From an uncultured bacterium (GTDB lineage: Bacteria > Krumholzibacteriota > Krumholzibacteriia > JACNKJ01): a DNA stretch of 64,000 nt. The stretch covers positions 2,880,001 through 2,944,000 of the forward strand of contig CAVOFT010000001.1 of assembly GCA_963695095.1 (NCBI GenBank), given 5' to 3'. Positions 11,027 through 22,661 of this stretch are shown piece by piece. A program made the translations under genes and the position numbers. Below the pieces are notes generated by a model that worked only from the letters and a program-made list of their open reading frames with translations, did not search any database and had not been told where the DNA came from. Numbering within the stretch: the stretch's first letter is position 1; every line of letters starts with the position of its first letter.

Positions 11027-11773
11027 TCAGATTCCGAAGCGGATCGTCACGGCGACGTAGGGCCCGCTGCCCGCCTCGAGATCGATCGCGCCGACGAGGG
11101 CCGTCTCCCCTTCCAGGGTCCAGTCGCCGCTGGCCAGCTCATAGCCCCCTTCGGTCAGGATGCCCACCCAGCGGGCGAGGCGCAGGTCGAGACCGACGTG
11201 CGGCCGCAGCAGCAGGAAGAGCTGCTCCCCGCGCAGGTAGACCTGGACGATGCCCGTGTCGCCGGCCCTTCGCTCCACGGTGACTTCGCTGGCGCCGCCG
11301 CCGAGGGCCAGGCCGCCCTCCACGAAGATCCGCTTGTGCAGGGGCAGGACGCCCTTGACGTCGAACCAGCCGGCCCCGCGGCTGAAGCGGCTGAAGTCGT
11401 CGCCACGCCGGGATTCGGCGGCGCCGCCGTAGCCGCCGCCGCCCAGGGCGACGAAGAGCTTGTCGCCGCTGTGCATGCTGAACCAGCCGGCGCCGCCCCA
11501 GCTCAGGGTCTTCTCGGGCAGCGCGATGAGGCCGGCCGGGTGCTCCGCCAGCGCGCGGTTGGCCGCCTCCAGGTCCAGCTCCCGCCAGACCATGCTCGGC
11601 CCGCCGCCGGTGCCGGTGCCGTCCAGGTAGTCGTCCTTGAACTCCTCCTCCTCCCAGAACTTGTCGAAGTCCTTGCTGAGGTCCTCGCCGATGGGGGGTG
11701 TCTGGGCGGGCGGCGTCTGGGCCGCCGCCGGCAGGGCGGCAAGCAGCACGAGCAGGATCGCCAGGCGGGTCAT
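11027..11773 (-). CDS. Putative outer-membrane beta-barrel protein
   Basis: Signal MTRLAILLVLLAALPAAA, Gly/aromatic-rich strands, ends VAVTIRFGI; AAGGGAG RBS. Confidence 0.6.
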   Translation of the reverse strand: MTRLAILLVLLAALPAAAQTPPAQTPPIGEDLSKDFDKFWEEEEFKDDYLDGTGTGGGPSMVWRELDLEAANRALAEHPAGLIALPEKTLSWGGAGWFSMHSGDKLFVALGGGGYGGAAESRRGDDFSRFSRGAGWFDVKGVLPLHKRIFVEGGLALGGGASEVTVERRAGDTGIVQVYLRGEQLFLLLRPHVGLDLRLARWVGILTEGGYELASGDWTLEGETALVGAIDLEAGSGPYVAVTIRFGI

Positions 11774-11807
11774 CCGGTCTCCCTTCGCTGTCAGCGCCCG
11801 CGGGCGC

Positions 11808-12806
11808 TCACTTGAGATGAAACTCCAGGACATCGCCATCGGCCACCGGATGCGCCCGGTCCACCGTCTGGCCGTCGAACTTGCCCGAGCCCCAGAGGCG
11901 GGCCGAGGCGAAGCGCTCCACGAATTCCCGATGCACCTTGGCCGCCACGTCGATCACCGTGCTGCCGATGGGTAGCAGGTAGGGTGCGCCGGCGGCCAGC
12001 GGCTTCCCGGGCGCCTTCGTGTAGATGCGCACGAGCTGCAGGGCCGCGAAGACGGTGTGGGCGAAGTTGTCCAGGCCCTGCGCGCGGGTCACCGACACCA
12101 GCACGCGCGGCCAGCGGCCCCCGATCAGCTCCGTGAGGAAGTCCAGATTGACCGGCGCGTCCGGGTGGTCCGCCTTGGTGGCCACGAGCAGCGTGGCCCG
12201 CTCGTTCTGGGCGCGCAGGGGGTCGGCGGTGTCGACCTTGTCCACCAGGCGCAGGCCCCGCTCCTCGAAGCCGGCGTCGATGGTCTCCACCATCTCGCAG
12301 CAATCGGGCGCCGAGAGGTCGGCGATGAGCAGGATGAGGTCGGCGGCGCGGGCCTGGTCCAGCAGCCAGGGCTCGAGCGGCCGCTGCAGGACCGGCGGCG
12401 TGTCCACCAGCTCGATGGCGATGTCCTCCCAGCGCATCATGCCGGGCTGGGGCAGGCTGGTGGTGAAGGGGTAGTCCGCGATCTCGGGGCGGGCGGCGGT
12501 GAGCGCGGCGAGCAGGCTGCTCTTGCCCGCGTTGGGGGCGCCGACCATGAGCACCTGGGGCGCGTCGCCGTGGGGCAGGTAGTAGGGGTTGTGGACCTTG
12601 CCCTTGCCGGTCTTCTTGGCCTGCTCGATCTGCGCCTGCAGGGCCGAGAGCTTGCGGTTCAGCTCGGCGCGGATCTTGTCGGTGCCCTTGTGGTGGGGCA
12701 TGATCGCCATCATCTCGCGCAGATGGGCGATCTTCTCCTCGGGCTCGCGGGCCGCCTTGAAGCGGTCCTCGGCCTTGTGGTAGTGCGGCGGCAGGTTGGT
12801 GGGCAA
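11808..12806 (-). CDS. DRG/Obg-family GTPase with C-terminal TGS domain (archaeal-like type)
   Basis: N-terminal P.HKGTDK, G1 GAPNAGKS, G2 YPFTT, G3 DTPP, G4 TKAD, TGS RIYTK.PG...ARLWG...GQ.V...H...[11 protein letters not shown] start. Confidence 0.88.
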   Translation of the reverse strand: MPTNLPPHYHKAEDRFKAAREPEEKIAHLREMMAIMPHHKGTDKIRAELNRKLSALQAQIEQAKKTGKGKVHNPYYLPHGDAPQVLMVGAPNAGKSSLLAALTAARPEIADYPFTTSLPQPGMMRWEDIAIELVDTPPVLQRPLEPWLLDQARAADLILLIADLSAPDCCEMVETIDAGFEERGLRLVDKVDTADPLRAQNERATLLVATKADHPDAPVNLDFLTELIGGRWPRVLVSVTRAQGLDNFAHTVFAALQLVRIYTKAPGKPLAAGAPYLLPIGSTVIDVAAKVHREFVERFASARLWGSGKFDGQTVDRAHPVADGDVLEFHLK

Positions 12807-12856
12807 GGGAGCCTCCGGCGCGGGGCGAGCGTCCGCCGCCCGCCCCGCGCCGAAGT

Positions 12857-13624
12857 CTAGATGTAGAGGTGTTCGGGGTCAATCTCCTCGCGGAGCACGC
12901 GCAGCTCCTCGTCCGTCGGAGCCGCGTTCGCCTCCACCTGCGGCGGCAGCAGGAGCGGGAAGCCGGTGGCGGCCACCACCTCGTCCACCGTGACGCCCGG
13001 ATTGACGGCGATGAGCTGCATGCGCTTGCTCGCCTCCTCGTAGCCCAGCGTGGCAAGATTGGTCACGACGCGATAGGGCCCGGCGTCCGGGAAGAGGCCG
13101 GCGGCCTCGCGCGCCCCCGGCCCCGTCAGGTAGCCGGGCGTGGTCACGAAGTCGATCTTGGGAATGAAGCGCTGCGGCTCGTGCCGCATGATCGCGATCG
13201 TGCGCCAGCAGAAGCTGCCCACGTCGTTGCCGCCGCCGCTGCCCGGCAGGCGCACCTTCGGGTGCTCGTAGTCGCCGATCACCGTGGAGTTGAGGTTGCC
13301 GTACATGTCGATCTGCGCGCCGCCCAGGAAGCCGTAGGTGACGAAGCCGCGCGCGGCCGTCTCCATGACGTCGCAGATGCCCGTGGCCACCAGGGCGCGG
13401 TAGAAGGTCTTCGACTCGCCGACGCCGCGGGGCAGGTACTTGAGGCTGGAGCCGATGCCGCCGAATTCGAAGACGCTCACGAGATCGGGCGCGTAGAGGC
13501 GCTTGGCCAGGGCGGCGGCCAGCATGGGCACGCCGGTGCCGATGAAGGCGCTGGAGCGGTCCTCCATCACGCGGGCGGCCAGGCAGATCAGCAATTCGGT
13601 GCCGTTGTAGCGATCGCTCGTCAT
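12857..13624 (-). CDS. Family I CoA-transferase beta subunit (GctB/PcaJ-like)
   Basis: [39 protein letters not shown]. Confidence 0.9.
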   Translation of the reverse strand: MTSDRYNGTELLICLAARVMEDRSSAFIGTGVPMLAAALAKRLYAPDLVSVFEFGGIGSSLKYLPRGVGESKTFYRALVATGICDVMETAARGFVTYGFLGGAQIDMYGNLNSTVIGDYEHPKVRLPGSGGGNDVGSFCWRTIAIMRHEPQRFIPKIDFVTTPGYLTGPGAREAAGLFPDAGPYRVVTNLATLGYEEASKRMQLIAVNPGVTVDEVVAATGFPLLLPPQVEANAAPTDEELRVLREEIDPEHLYI

Positions 13625-13630
13625 CAGGGC

Positions 13631-14605
13631 CTACCTCCCCACCGCGAGGCCGCGCAGGGCCTCTTGCTTGGCGCCGCCGCCGATCGACTTCAGGTAGGCC
13701 GCATGATCCGGCAGCCGGCGCATCGTCTGTTCGAGGTAGGCCTCCGTGCCCGCGGCGGTCTTCGCCGCCTCCAGCCAGGCGAGGATGTCCGGTTCGTCGC
13801 GGCCGTAGAGGTAGGGCATCTCGCCCGGATGGCTGCCGAAGGGCGCGTGCACGACGGCGTCGACCAGGAAGTAGGGAATCACGTTGCGCTCCGGATACTG
13901 GCGGATCGTCTCGGTGTCGATGATCTCCTCGGCGCTGATCAGCACCTTCTTGCTGGCGCGGGCGATCTCCAGGGCGAAGCCGCTGATGCCGTCGAGCTGG
14001 CAGTTGCCGTACTTGTCGGCCCGGTGCACGTGGATCACCGCGCAATCCACAACGAGCGCCGGCAGCAGCATCACCTTGCCGTTGCCGAAGGGATCCAGGG
14101 CCACCTTGCCGGCCGAGCGCCTGAAGGTGTCCGTGCCCAGCATGCTCTTGATGGGCAGGAAGGGCACGCCCATCGCCGCCGCCTTGAAGCGCCAGGCGAT
14201 GCCGGCGTTGCTCCACTCCACCACCTCGAGGCCGTCCTTCTCCACGGCGCGCCGCAGCACGTTGGAGAGGCCGTGCACCTCGTAGGCGTTGTAGGTGATG
14301 TCCATGGCGTCCACCATGCCGGCGGCGACCAGCCAGTCCACGTCCTGCAGGCCCTGGCCGACGAGGCGCAGATGCCGGCGCCCCTGGCGGACGATCTCGC
14401 GCACGATGCTCAGCGGCGCGCGACAGGTGCCGTACAGCTCGAAGCCGATGTAGTCGCCGTCGGCCACGCAGCGGCGCACCGCCTCGTGCTCGTCGACGAG
14501 CTTGTCCACCAGGGCCATCGACTTGCGCTCGCGGTTCCAGCGGCGCAAGCCGTCGAGGTCGGGCTCCTGCAGGAGCCGCCCCCGCCCGCTCTCCAGTAGC
14601 TCCAT
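13631..14605 (-). CDS. Family I CoA-transferase alpha subunit (GctA/PcaI-like)
   Basis: EIVRQG, AAAMGVPFLP..SMLGTD, IHVHRADKYGN, DAVVHAPFGSHP; GGGAGG RBS before ATG 14605. Confidence 0.9.
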   Translation of the reverse strand: MELLESGRGRLLQEPDLDGLRRWNRERKSMALVDKLVDEHEAVRRCVADGDYIGFELYGTCRAPLSIVREIVRQGRRHLRLVGQGLQDVDWLVAAGMVDAMDITYNAYEVHGLSNVLRRAVEKDGLEVVEWSNAGIAWRFKAAAMGVPFLPIKSMLGTDTFRRSAGKVALDPFGNGKVMLLPALVVDCAVIHVHRADKYGNCQLDGISGFALEIARASKKVLISAEEIIDTETIRQYPERNVIPYFLVDAVVHAPFGSHPGEMPYLYGRDEPDILAWLEAAKTAAGTEAYLEQTMRRLPDHAAYLKSIGGGAKQEALRGLAVGR

Positions 14606-14849
14606 GTTGCCTCCCACGCTGCCCGCCGGAGCGGGATTCAGGACCAGTGCCTCCGGCATGGTGCCGGAGCGGAGAGCGGGCGTCAAGCCCCCGGCCAGCC
14701 TGCCCGCTCGGAACCGTAGGAGACCAGGGGTGGCCACCTTTGATTGTTCGTCGGTTCGCCCGCAATCCATGCCTGATAGCGCCCAGCAGCTTGCTTCCGC
14801 CAAATGGATCTGCTCTACTGGAAGCGCTCATCAACCTGGAGGAGGGGGC

Positions 14850-16259
14850 ATGTCCACGGATCTCAGCCAGTACTCGGCCGGCGTCCGCGCCCGGGTGGAA
14901 GCGGGGCGCGCCCTGATGGCCCGGCGCGAGGCGGCCCTCGAGCGCATGCGGGCTTGCCGCTTCGACACCATCGCGGTGCACGGACTCTACACCATGCAGG
15001 AGGCGCTGGAGAACAACCAGGGCTCCATCATCGAGCCGGCCTACCTGTCCACCAGCGAGCACTACGCCGACGCGGACGCCATGGAGGCGGCGCTGGCCTA
15101 CCTCATCCCCACCTGGTGCTACGCGCGCATCGCCAACCCCACCACCTACTACCTCGAGTGGATGCTGGCCCTGCTCGAGGGCTACGGCACGGGTCTGGAG
15201 ACGAGCGCCGTCGTGACGGCCAGCGGCATGGCCGCGATCATGGCCGCCGTCGATCCCTTCCTCGTCAAGCGCACGAAGGACCCCGCCGAGCGGATGAACT
15301 TCGTCTCCTCCTGCCACGTCTATGGCGGCACCTTCCAGCAGTTCTCGGTGCGCCGCGACCAGGACCGCGGCCACGAGGTGCGCTGGATCAGCGATGTCAT
15401 GAACATCGACGCCTGGGCCGCCCGCATCGACGCCGACACCCGCTTCGTCTACGTCGAGCTGCCCAGCAACCCGACGATCAGCTTCGTCGACCTGGCCGCC
15501 CTGGCCAAGCTCGCCCACGCGCACGGCATTCCCCTCATCGTGGACGCCACCGTGGCCACGCCGGCGCTGCTGCGCCCGCTCGCCCACGGCGCCGACATCG
15601 TGGTGCACTCGGTCTCCAAGAGCATGACGAGCAGCGGCATGGGCGTGGGCGGCGTGCTGGTGGCGCGCAAGGACATCGTCAGCAACATCGACAACCCGGA
15701 GATGAAGGCGGACTTCGCCAGCTGGGTGAAGTTCCTGCCCTACCGCGACAACGGACCCAGCATGAATCCCCTGCACGCCGTCATGGTGATGAACGACCTG
15801 CGCACCCTGCGCAGCAAGATGGACCTGGTAAGCAAAAGCAGCCAGACCGTGGCCGAGTACCTCGCCGCGCATCCCAAGATCGAGCAGGTGGACTACCTCG
15901 GCCTGCCGGACAACCCCAAGCACGCCGTCGCCAAGCGCTACCTCAAGCTCGTGGACTCGGAGCTGGAGACCGGCGGCGAGCCGGTCAACCGCTACGGCCA
16001 CCTGATGAGCTTCCGCGTCAAGGGCGGCGGCGAGGCGGCGCGGCGCGTCTTCGACGGCTTCCAGATGATCTGGCGGGCCACCGATCTGGGCCGCATCAAG
16101 TCCGTGGCGACGATCCCGGCGATCAGCACCCACCAGCAGCAGGGCGAGGCCGCGCGGGCGATGGCCGACGTGGCGCCGAACATGATCCGCCTCTGCGTGG
16201 GCGGCGAGCACCCAGAGGACATCATCGCGGACCTGGAACAGGGCCTCAAGCGGGTATAA
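14850..16259 (+). CDS. Cys/Met-metabolism PLP-dependent enzyme (O-acetylhomoserine sulfhydrylase / methionine gamma-lyase-like)
   Basis: YARIANPT, ASGMAAI, YGGT, E.PSNP, VDATVATP, PLP lysine in VHSVSK, IRLCVGGE; GGAGG RBS. Confidence 0.88.
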   Translation: MSTDLSQYSAGVRARVEAGRALMARREAALERMRACRFDTIAVHGLYTMQEALENNQGSIIEPAYLSTSEHYADADAMEAALAYLIPTWCYARIANPTTYYLEWMLALLEGYGTGLETSAVVTASGMAAIMAAVDPFLVKRTKDPAERMNFVSSCHVYGGTFQQFSVRRDQDRGHEVRWISDVMNIDAWAARIDADTRFVYVELPSNPTISFVDLAALAKLAHAHGIPLIVDATVATPALLRPLAHGADIVVHSVSKSMTSSGMGVGGVLVARKDIVSNIDNPEMKADFASWVKFLPYRDNGPSMNPLHAVMVMNDLRTLRSKMDLVSKSSQTVAEYLAAHPKIEQVDYLGLPDNPKHAVAKRYLKLVDSELETGGEPVNRYGHLMSFRVKGGGEAARRVFDGFQMIWRATDLGRIKSVATIPAISTHQQQGEAARAMADVAPNMIRLCVGGEHPEDIIADLEQGLKRV

Positions 16260-16460
16260 GCCGCTCGATGACAAGGCATTACGAAGGCTCTTCCGGCGGC
16301 GGCGGCGCGGCCGGGCGGGGCCCATTTCGGCGAGCAAATCAAGATCCGGTAGTCTTGCATAACCCGGGGCGAGCGTGTTTCTTCCTGGGGTTCTCAGGGG
16401 CCGAACGCGGTTCCGCTCCGACCTCTACCCAAGCCACGCGTCAACACAAAGGAGTAAGCG

Positions 16461-17799
<1,339 letters not shown>

Positions 17800-17844
17800 T
17801 TCGGCAGCATTTCAGCGCGGCGGCGACGCCGCGCATGCAATTGA

Positions 17845-17879
17845 GAAGGCGGGGTGCGCGAGCGCCCCGCCTTTCTTCT
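17845..17879 (+). terminator. Terminator after gdhA
   Basis: aaggcggggtgc-gcga-gcgccccgcctt followed by a pyrimidine run. Confidence 0.75.
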
Positions 17880-17904
17880 ATCACGCGGCGAGAGGTCAGG
17901 TAGC

Positions 17905-18409
17905 CTATCGCGTGATCGTGATCTTTGCCTGCCCCATGGCTGCGCCGACCTGCAGGCGCGCCAAGAAGATCCCCGACGGGAGCGCCGTACCGTCACCCGC
18001 TTGACCATCCCAGGTGATCCCGTGGGCGATCGCGTCAGCAGTGACATGCTCGCTCCAGACGCGTGCCCCTGCCACAGAATAGATCTCTAGCACGCCCGCT
18101 CCGGTGGCGCGCACCGGCAACTCGGCCTGGAACACGATCGCACCGCGCGCTGGATTTGGTCGCACCACGAGGAGCAGGCTCGGTTCGCTCGCGCTCTCAG
18201 TGGATGGCACCGTCGTAAGCGTCGCCGCCACCTCGCCGACTAGTCGGAATGGACCGCAGCTTCCCTCCTCGCCGTCGACGACGAGGTAGTATGTGCCCGA
18301 GGTTAGGAACACTAGCTGCACAGACCAAGAGAACTGCGAGGATCCTGCAACTGCGCCGCTGGCGGGAGCCGTTGGCCCAAGTCGCGTTCGAAGTCGCTGC
18401 CATTCCCAT
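17905..18409 (-). pseudogene. Small or internally deleted secreted protein with FlgD-like CTD (frame break near 18310)
   Basis: AGGAGG RBS then signal-like MGMAA...RILAVLLVCAASV, shifting to LTSGTYYLVVDG...PNP...WDGQ...LPSGIFLARL...KITITR. Confidence 0.55.
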
Positions 18410-18413
18410 CCTC

Positions 18414-19277
18414 CTATTCTCTTCCTGGCCGCTCCGGTCGCTTGAGCTCCACGACTACCGTTTGCTGGACCCCGGGTTCGCTGCCTTTCCAGGGGATGCG
18501 GTCGATGAGAATCGTCTGATTGGTGATCCAGAGCGGATTCTGTTCGATCCACTCCTGCGTCTCCAAGAGCGGCCAAACACCTCCGGTTGCGGGCTCGGCG
18601 ATCCATAGATCCGCGGCCGTGGGATCTTCACCCATAGAGTCAAGGGCCATTGGCTTAGTGAAGGCGAGCCAGCGCCCATCTGGCGACCATGAATAATCGT
18701 AGTCTGCAACGACCTTGAGCGTGTCGAGAACGCTCACCTCGCCCGAAGGGACCCACACAACATAGAGCAATTGCAGGGGCTGTCCGTAGATCCCACCATT
18801 CACCGCGAGGGCTTCCCCATCCGGGGACCACTTCGACCAGCTTCCAGCTACGGGGAGAGGCGGGTCGATCACAATCTGCCGGGACGCAAGCTCGAGCACA
18901 ACAAGCTCGTGATACTCTGCAGCGGACTTCCACAAGACGCAGCTGATGTACTTGCCGTCCGGGGACCACTTGGGTAGGGAAGCATTGCCATCAATCAGCG
19001 GCACAGCTTCCCCCGTCCGCAGATCCTGAAGCTCGAGGTGGGGGCGGTGGTCTTCGATGCGGACGAGCGCCAGCAGGGAATCTGGGCCATGAGCGCTGTT
19101 CAAGTCCGGCGACGGAAAGAGATACCCTGAAGCATCCTCAAAGGATACCTCGCCTGGCTGGCGCTCCCGGACAGCACCCACGGTCCAGGGAGATTGTGCC
19201 GGGATGCAGCCAGCTTCACTTGCGGCCACTGCCAGGCTGCTGGCCAGGATCGCAGCGCGAGCGATCAAGAAGCGCAT
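18414..19277 (-). CDS. Secreted TolB-like/PD40 beta-propeller protein
   Basis: Three WSPDG repeats, N-terminal signal with possible lipobox (EAGC); visibly more A/T-ending codons than flanks. Confidence 0.8.
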   Translation of the reverse strand: MRFLIARAAILASSLAVAASEAGCIPAQSPWTVGAVRERQPGEVSFEDASGYLFPSPDLNSAHGPDSLLALVRIEDHRPHLELQDLRTGEAVPLIDGNASLPKWSPDGKYISCVLWKSAAEYHELVVLELASRQIVIDPPLPVAGSWSKWSPDGEALAVNGGIYGQPLQLLYVVWVPSGEVSVLDTLKVVADYDYSWSPDGRWLAFTKPMALDSMGEDPTAADLWIAEPATGGVWPLLETQEWIEQNPLWITNQTILIDRIPWKGSEPGVQQTVVVELKRPERPGRE

Positions 19278-19409
19278 GGAGAGCCCCCTTCCTAACTAAT
19301 GGGGACGGGAAGGACCAGCACTCGCGACCAAGATCACGATGCTTCTGATTCTCGGGCAGTGTCAAGGAAGAAGCGCGGAATTGGCCGTTGGCGCCCCGCT
19401 CACTCACTC

Positions 19410-19520
19410 TCAGCGCAGCATGAGCACCCTGGCTGCGGCCTGCTCGCCGCCACTAGCGACACGCAACAAATGGACGCCATGCCCCAAACGCCAGCCTGCT
19501 TCATCGCGGCCGCCCCGACG
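19410..19520 (-). pseudogene. Orphan remnant of a FlgD/T9SS-like C-terminal domain
   Basis: Reads GGRDEAGWRLGHGVHLLRVASGGEQAAARVLMLR*, matching the WDGRD..G..L.SGVY..RL..KLLLK ends seen elsewhere; no start. Confidence 0.55.
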
Positions 19521-19537
19521 CGCGAGCGCTGGCCCGC

Positions 19538-22489
19538 TCAGGCGCGCAGGACCACCCCCCGCCCGTGGCGGCCGTCGAGATAGACGGCCAGGGGCGCGGA
19601 CAAGCGCAGATGGCGCAGGAACTCCGTCTCGGCGGCGGCGGGCTGGGCGAGCAGCCAGTCCCAGTCCACCTTGACGCCGTCCCGGCCCTCGTGAGCGGTG
19701 AAGTAGCCCACCTCGAAGCTCGTCAGGTTGTGGAAGAAGTGGCTGCCCTGGCTGGGCTCCACGGCGATGTCGGCCATCGCGGTCTCCACGATCACGCGGG
19801 CGCCGTTGATGTCCGACCAGGCCACGGGAATGCCCAGCCAGCGGTCGCGGGAGCCCCAGCGCCCGGGGCCGATGAGCAGGTAGGGCCGCCCTTCTTCGCC
19901 GAGCCGTTCGTTCATGCCGCGCAACTCCAGCGCCACGTCGGCCGTGCGGCCGCGGTCGAAGCTGTCCGGCCGCACGTAGACCAGGTCGCAGAGGTTCTCG
20001 ATGGCGCCGTTGCCGAGCACGGAGCCCGAGCGGATGAGCACGCGGCTGGGATCGGTGACCCGCTGATCGAGATCGATCTCCTCGCGGCCCACGACGAGGG
20101 GCCGGATCTGCAGCACGGCGAACTCCCCGCTCTCGCCGGGACGCGCGCCGGGCTGGGCGGCGAACTCGATCTCCACGGGCGCGGCCATGCCGCGGCTGCC
20201 GAGGGCAAGCAGTTCCCGCAGCAGGGCCGGCAGCGGGAAGCGGTCGCCCTTGAGCACGCCGGCCATGGTGACCAGGCGCACGCCGGGCCGCGCGATGCCG
20301 TCGTAGACGGCGTCGTTGTCGGGCATGTAGGTGGAGGCCACCGCGGCGAGGGTGCCGTCGGCCTCGGCGCGCTCCAGGTCGCGGCGCACGAGCGAGGCAT
20401 TGCCGTCCGTGCTGGGGAAGAGCTCCGGGCGGCTCAGGTCCAGCGCCCAGAATTCGCGCTGGCTGGAGCGCAGCATGTCCTGCGTGCTGCCGAACTGGGG
20501 CAGCCGCTGCGGGTGCGCCGGCGAGAACCAGAGGCTGCGCTCGCCCTCCACCACGCTCTTGCCGAGCCCCAGCACCACCGAGGCCGAACCCTCCTCGGGT
20601 TTGGCCTCGAAGAGCGGGTAGAAGTTGTAGGACTGCGCCACCCCGGCGATGGCGGGATAGAGCAGGTCGCCGTGCAGACCGCCCACCATGCGCTGGACGA
20701 CGACGGCCATCTTCTCCTCCTCGATCCGGTTGGGCGTGCCGCGCAGGTAGGCCTTGGCCGTGGCGTAGTAGGTGGAGGCGAAGACCAGCTTGATCGCGTG
20801 GCAGAGCTGGTCCAGGCGCTGCTCGTCGTCCGGGTGATTGTTGGGCAGCATGTGGCTGGTGTAGACGCCCGCGAAGGGCTGGTGCTGGCTGTCCTCGAGC
20901 AGGCTGGAGGAGCGCACGGCCAGCGGATAGCGCACTTCGTCGAGAAAGGTCATCAGATCGTCGCGCACGGGCTCCGGCAGGCGCCCGGCGACGAAGGCGG
21001 CGGCCACCGCCGCATCGTCCCGGGCGGCGAGCGCCCGACCGAGCAGGTCGTTCTCCTCCATGAACTGGTCGAAGACGCCCGTGGCCAGCACGGCGCACTC
21101 GGGCACCGTGATGCGCACATCGGGGAAGCGCTCGCGGAAGTCGTAGCGGGAGAGCAGGGCGTCCACGAAGGCGAGGCCGCGGCCCTTGCCGCCGAGGGAC
21201 CCGCTGCCGATGCGCACGAAGCTGCTGCTGGCGTCGAAGTGCTGGCGGGAGAAGTCGGCCACGCGGCCGCGGCGGCTGAGCTTGCGATACTCCGCCAGCG
21301 TTTCGCGCAGGTAGCGGCGCAGCTCCTCGTTGTCCGCGAACTGGCTCACGCGCACCGGACGAATGCGCAGCGCCAGCTCGAACTCCGTGCGCGCCATGAA
21401 CCAGTTGCTGAAGTGGTTGCGGCGGGCATGATAGCGCAGCGACTCGCCCGGCACCTCCTTGAGCAGGCGGGCCATGGCCGTGAGGTCGCGGGCGCGGCCG
21501 ACGACGGTGCCGCTGGGCAGCATGAAGACGAAATCGCCGAAGCCGAGATTGGCCTTCATGAAACCGCTGAGATCGGCCAGCAGGGTGGGGGAGGCCTTGT
21601 TCAGGAAGCTCACGCCCAGCGCGTGCGCCTCCTGCGCCCGCTGCTCGTCCGAGGACTGCAGCAGGACGGGCAGCTCGGGATCCGCCCGCCGCACGCTGCG
21701 AATGAACTCCACGCCCGCGCGCGGATCGATGGCGCCGCCGCGCGCGAAGCTGGCGTCCGTGATCACGCAGAGCAGGTAGTCGGCGAAGTCCTCGTAGATC
21801 CGCTCGGCCTCCTCGAAGGTCTCCGCGAGCAGGATCTTCGGCCGCGCGCGCATGCGCAGCAGCTTGTCCATGATGTCGATGCCCTCGGCCATCAGCGCCT
21901 GGGTCTGCCGCATCAGCTCCGTGTAGAGCATGGGCAGGTAGGAGGAGTAGAAGCCGACCGAGTCCTCCACCAGCAGCATGCAGCGGACCTGGCCCTCGTA
22001 GGCGTCCGCCGCCACGTTCACCGAGTCCTCGATGCACTTGATGATGGCCAGCAGGATGCGGGCGTCCCCGCGCCAGGCGAAGACGCGGTCGATGTCCGGC
22101 TTCAGGTCCTGCTCGCTGAGCATGGCCAGCTCGCGCGTGTTGTAGACGAGCAGCACCACCGGCATGTCCGGCCGTAGGCGCTTGGCGCGGCGGCCGAAGT
22201 CGTGCACCTCCATGTCGCCGAGATGGGTCATCGTGATGATCAGATCGAAGCGCTGCTCCTGGAGGCGGGCCAGCGCCTGTTCGCCCGAGGAGACGCGCGT
22301 GACCATCGGCGCGTAGCTCAGATTGAGCTGGGCGTACTCGCCCAGCAGCAGCTCGGTGAGGCGGCCGTCCTGCTCGATCACGAAGGAATCGTAGAGGCTG
22401 GACACCAGCAGGATATCGCGGATGCGGAAAGGCATCAGCCGATCGAAGCCGGTGAAGCTGAAGGCGCTGGGCAGGGTTTCCTTGGACAT
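19538..22489 (-). CDS. Receiver-like domains fused to a PEP synthase/PPDK N-terminal ATP-grasp domain
   Basis: ILLVSSLYDSF.IEQDG, GSLGGKGRGLAF, PLAVRSSSLLEDS..QPFAGVY, EEEKMAV, GPGRWGS, SQGSHFFHN; no phospho-His or PEP-binding barrel. Confidence 0.85.
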   Translation of the reverse strand: MSKETLPSAFSFTGFDRLMPFRIRDILLVSSLYDSFVIEQDGRLTELLLGEYAQLNLSYAPMVTRVSSGEQALARLQEQRFDLIITMTHLGDMEVHDFGRRAKRLRPDMPVVLLVYNTRELAMLSEQDLKPDIDRVFAWRGDARILLAIIKCIEDSVNVAADAYEGQVRCMLLVEDSVGFYSSYLPMLYTELMRQTQALMAEGIDIMDKLLRMRARPKILLAETFEEAERIYEDFADYLLCVITDASFARGGAIDPRAGVEFIRSVRRADPELPVLLQSSDEQRAQEAHALGVSFLNKASPTLLADLSGFMKANLGFGDFVFMLPSGTVVGRARDLTAMARLLKEVPGESLRYHARRNHFSNWFMARTEFELALRIRPVRVSQFADNEELRRYLRETLAEYRKLSRRGRVADFSRQHFDASSSFVRIGSGSLGGKGRGLAFVDALLSRYDFRERFPDVRITVPECAVLATGVFDQFMEENDLLGRALAARDDAAVAAAFVAGRLPEPVRDDLMTFLDEVRYPLAVRSSSLLEDSQHQPFAGVYTSHMLPNNHPDDEQRLDQLCHAIKLVFASTYYATAKAYLRGTPNRIEEEKMAVVVQRMVGGLHGDLLYPAIAGVAQSYNFYPLFEAKPEEGSASVVLGLGKSVVEGERSLWFSPAHPQRLPQFGSTQDMLRSSQREFWALDLSRPELFPSTDGNASLVRRDLERAEADGTLAAVASTYMPDNDAVYDGIARPGVRLVTMAGVLKGDRFPLPALLRELLALGSRGMAAPVEIEFAAQPGARPGESGEFAVLQIRPLVVGREEIDLDQRVTDPSRVLIRSGSVLGNGAIENLCDLVYVRPDSFDRGRTADVALELRGMNERLGEEGRPYLLIGPGRWGSRDRWLGIPVAWSDINGARVIVETAMADIAVEPSQGSHFFHNLTSFEVGYFTAHEGRDGVKVDWDWLLAQPAAAETEFLRHLRLSAPLAVYLDGRHGRGVVLRA

Positions 22490-22661
22490 CGCATGCACCT
22501 CCGCGGCGGCCCCATCCTAGCGGCCGGGCCCGCGGGGGGGAAGGGCCAAAGCCCGCCCGCGCCTGAGGCCGGGCGAGACGCCATTTTCATTGCTCGCCGG
22601 CCGTCGCTCGCTACACTGGGGCGGTCCGCGGCCAGCCCGCCGCGGCGGGACGGGCCCGGGC

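Noticed and set aside
14605..14850. SAM-I riboswitch upstream of the Cys/Met enzyme
   Set aside because: Conserved core (ATC..GAG, GAGGGA..GGCCC, GCAACC, GTGC) not found
18302..19410. Integron cassette (GTTAGGA...TCCTAAC)
   Set aside because: No attC palindrome follows the putative inverse core and no integrase is in the window
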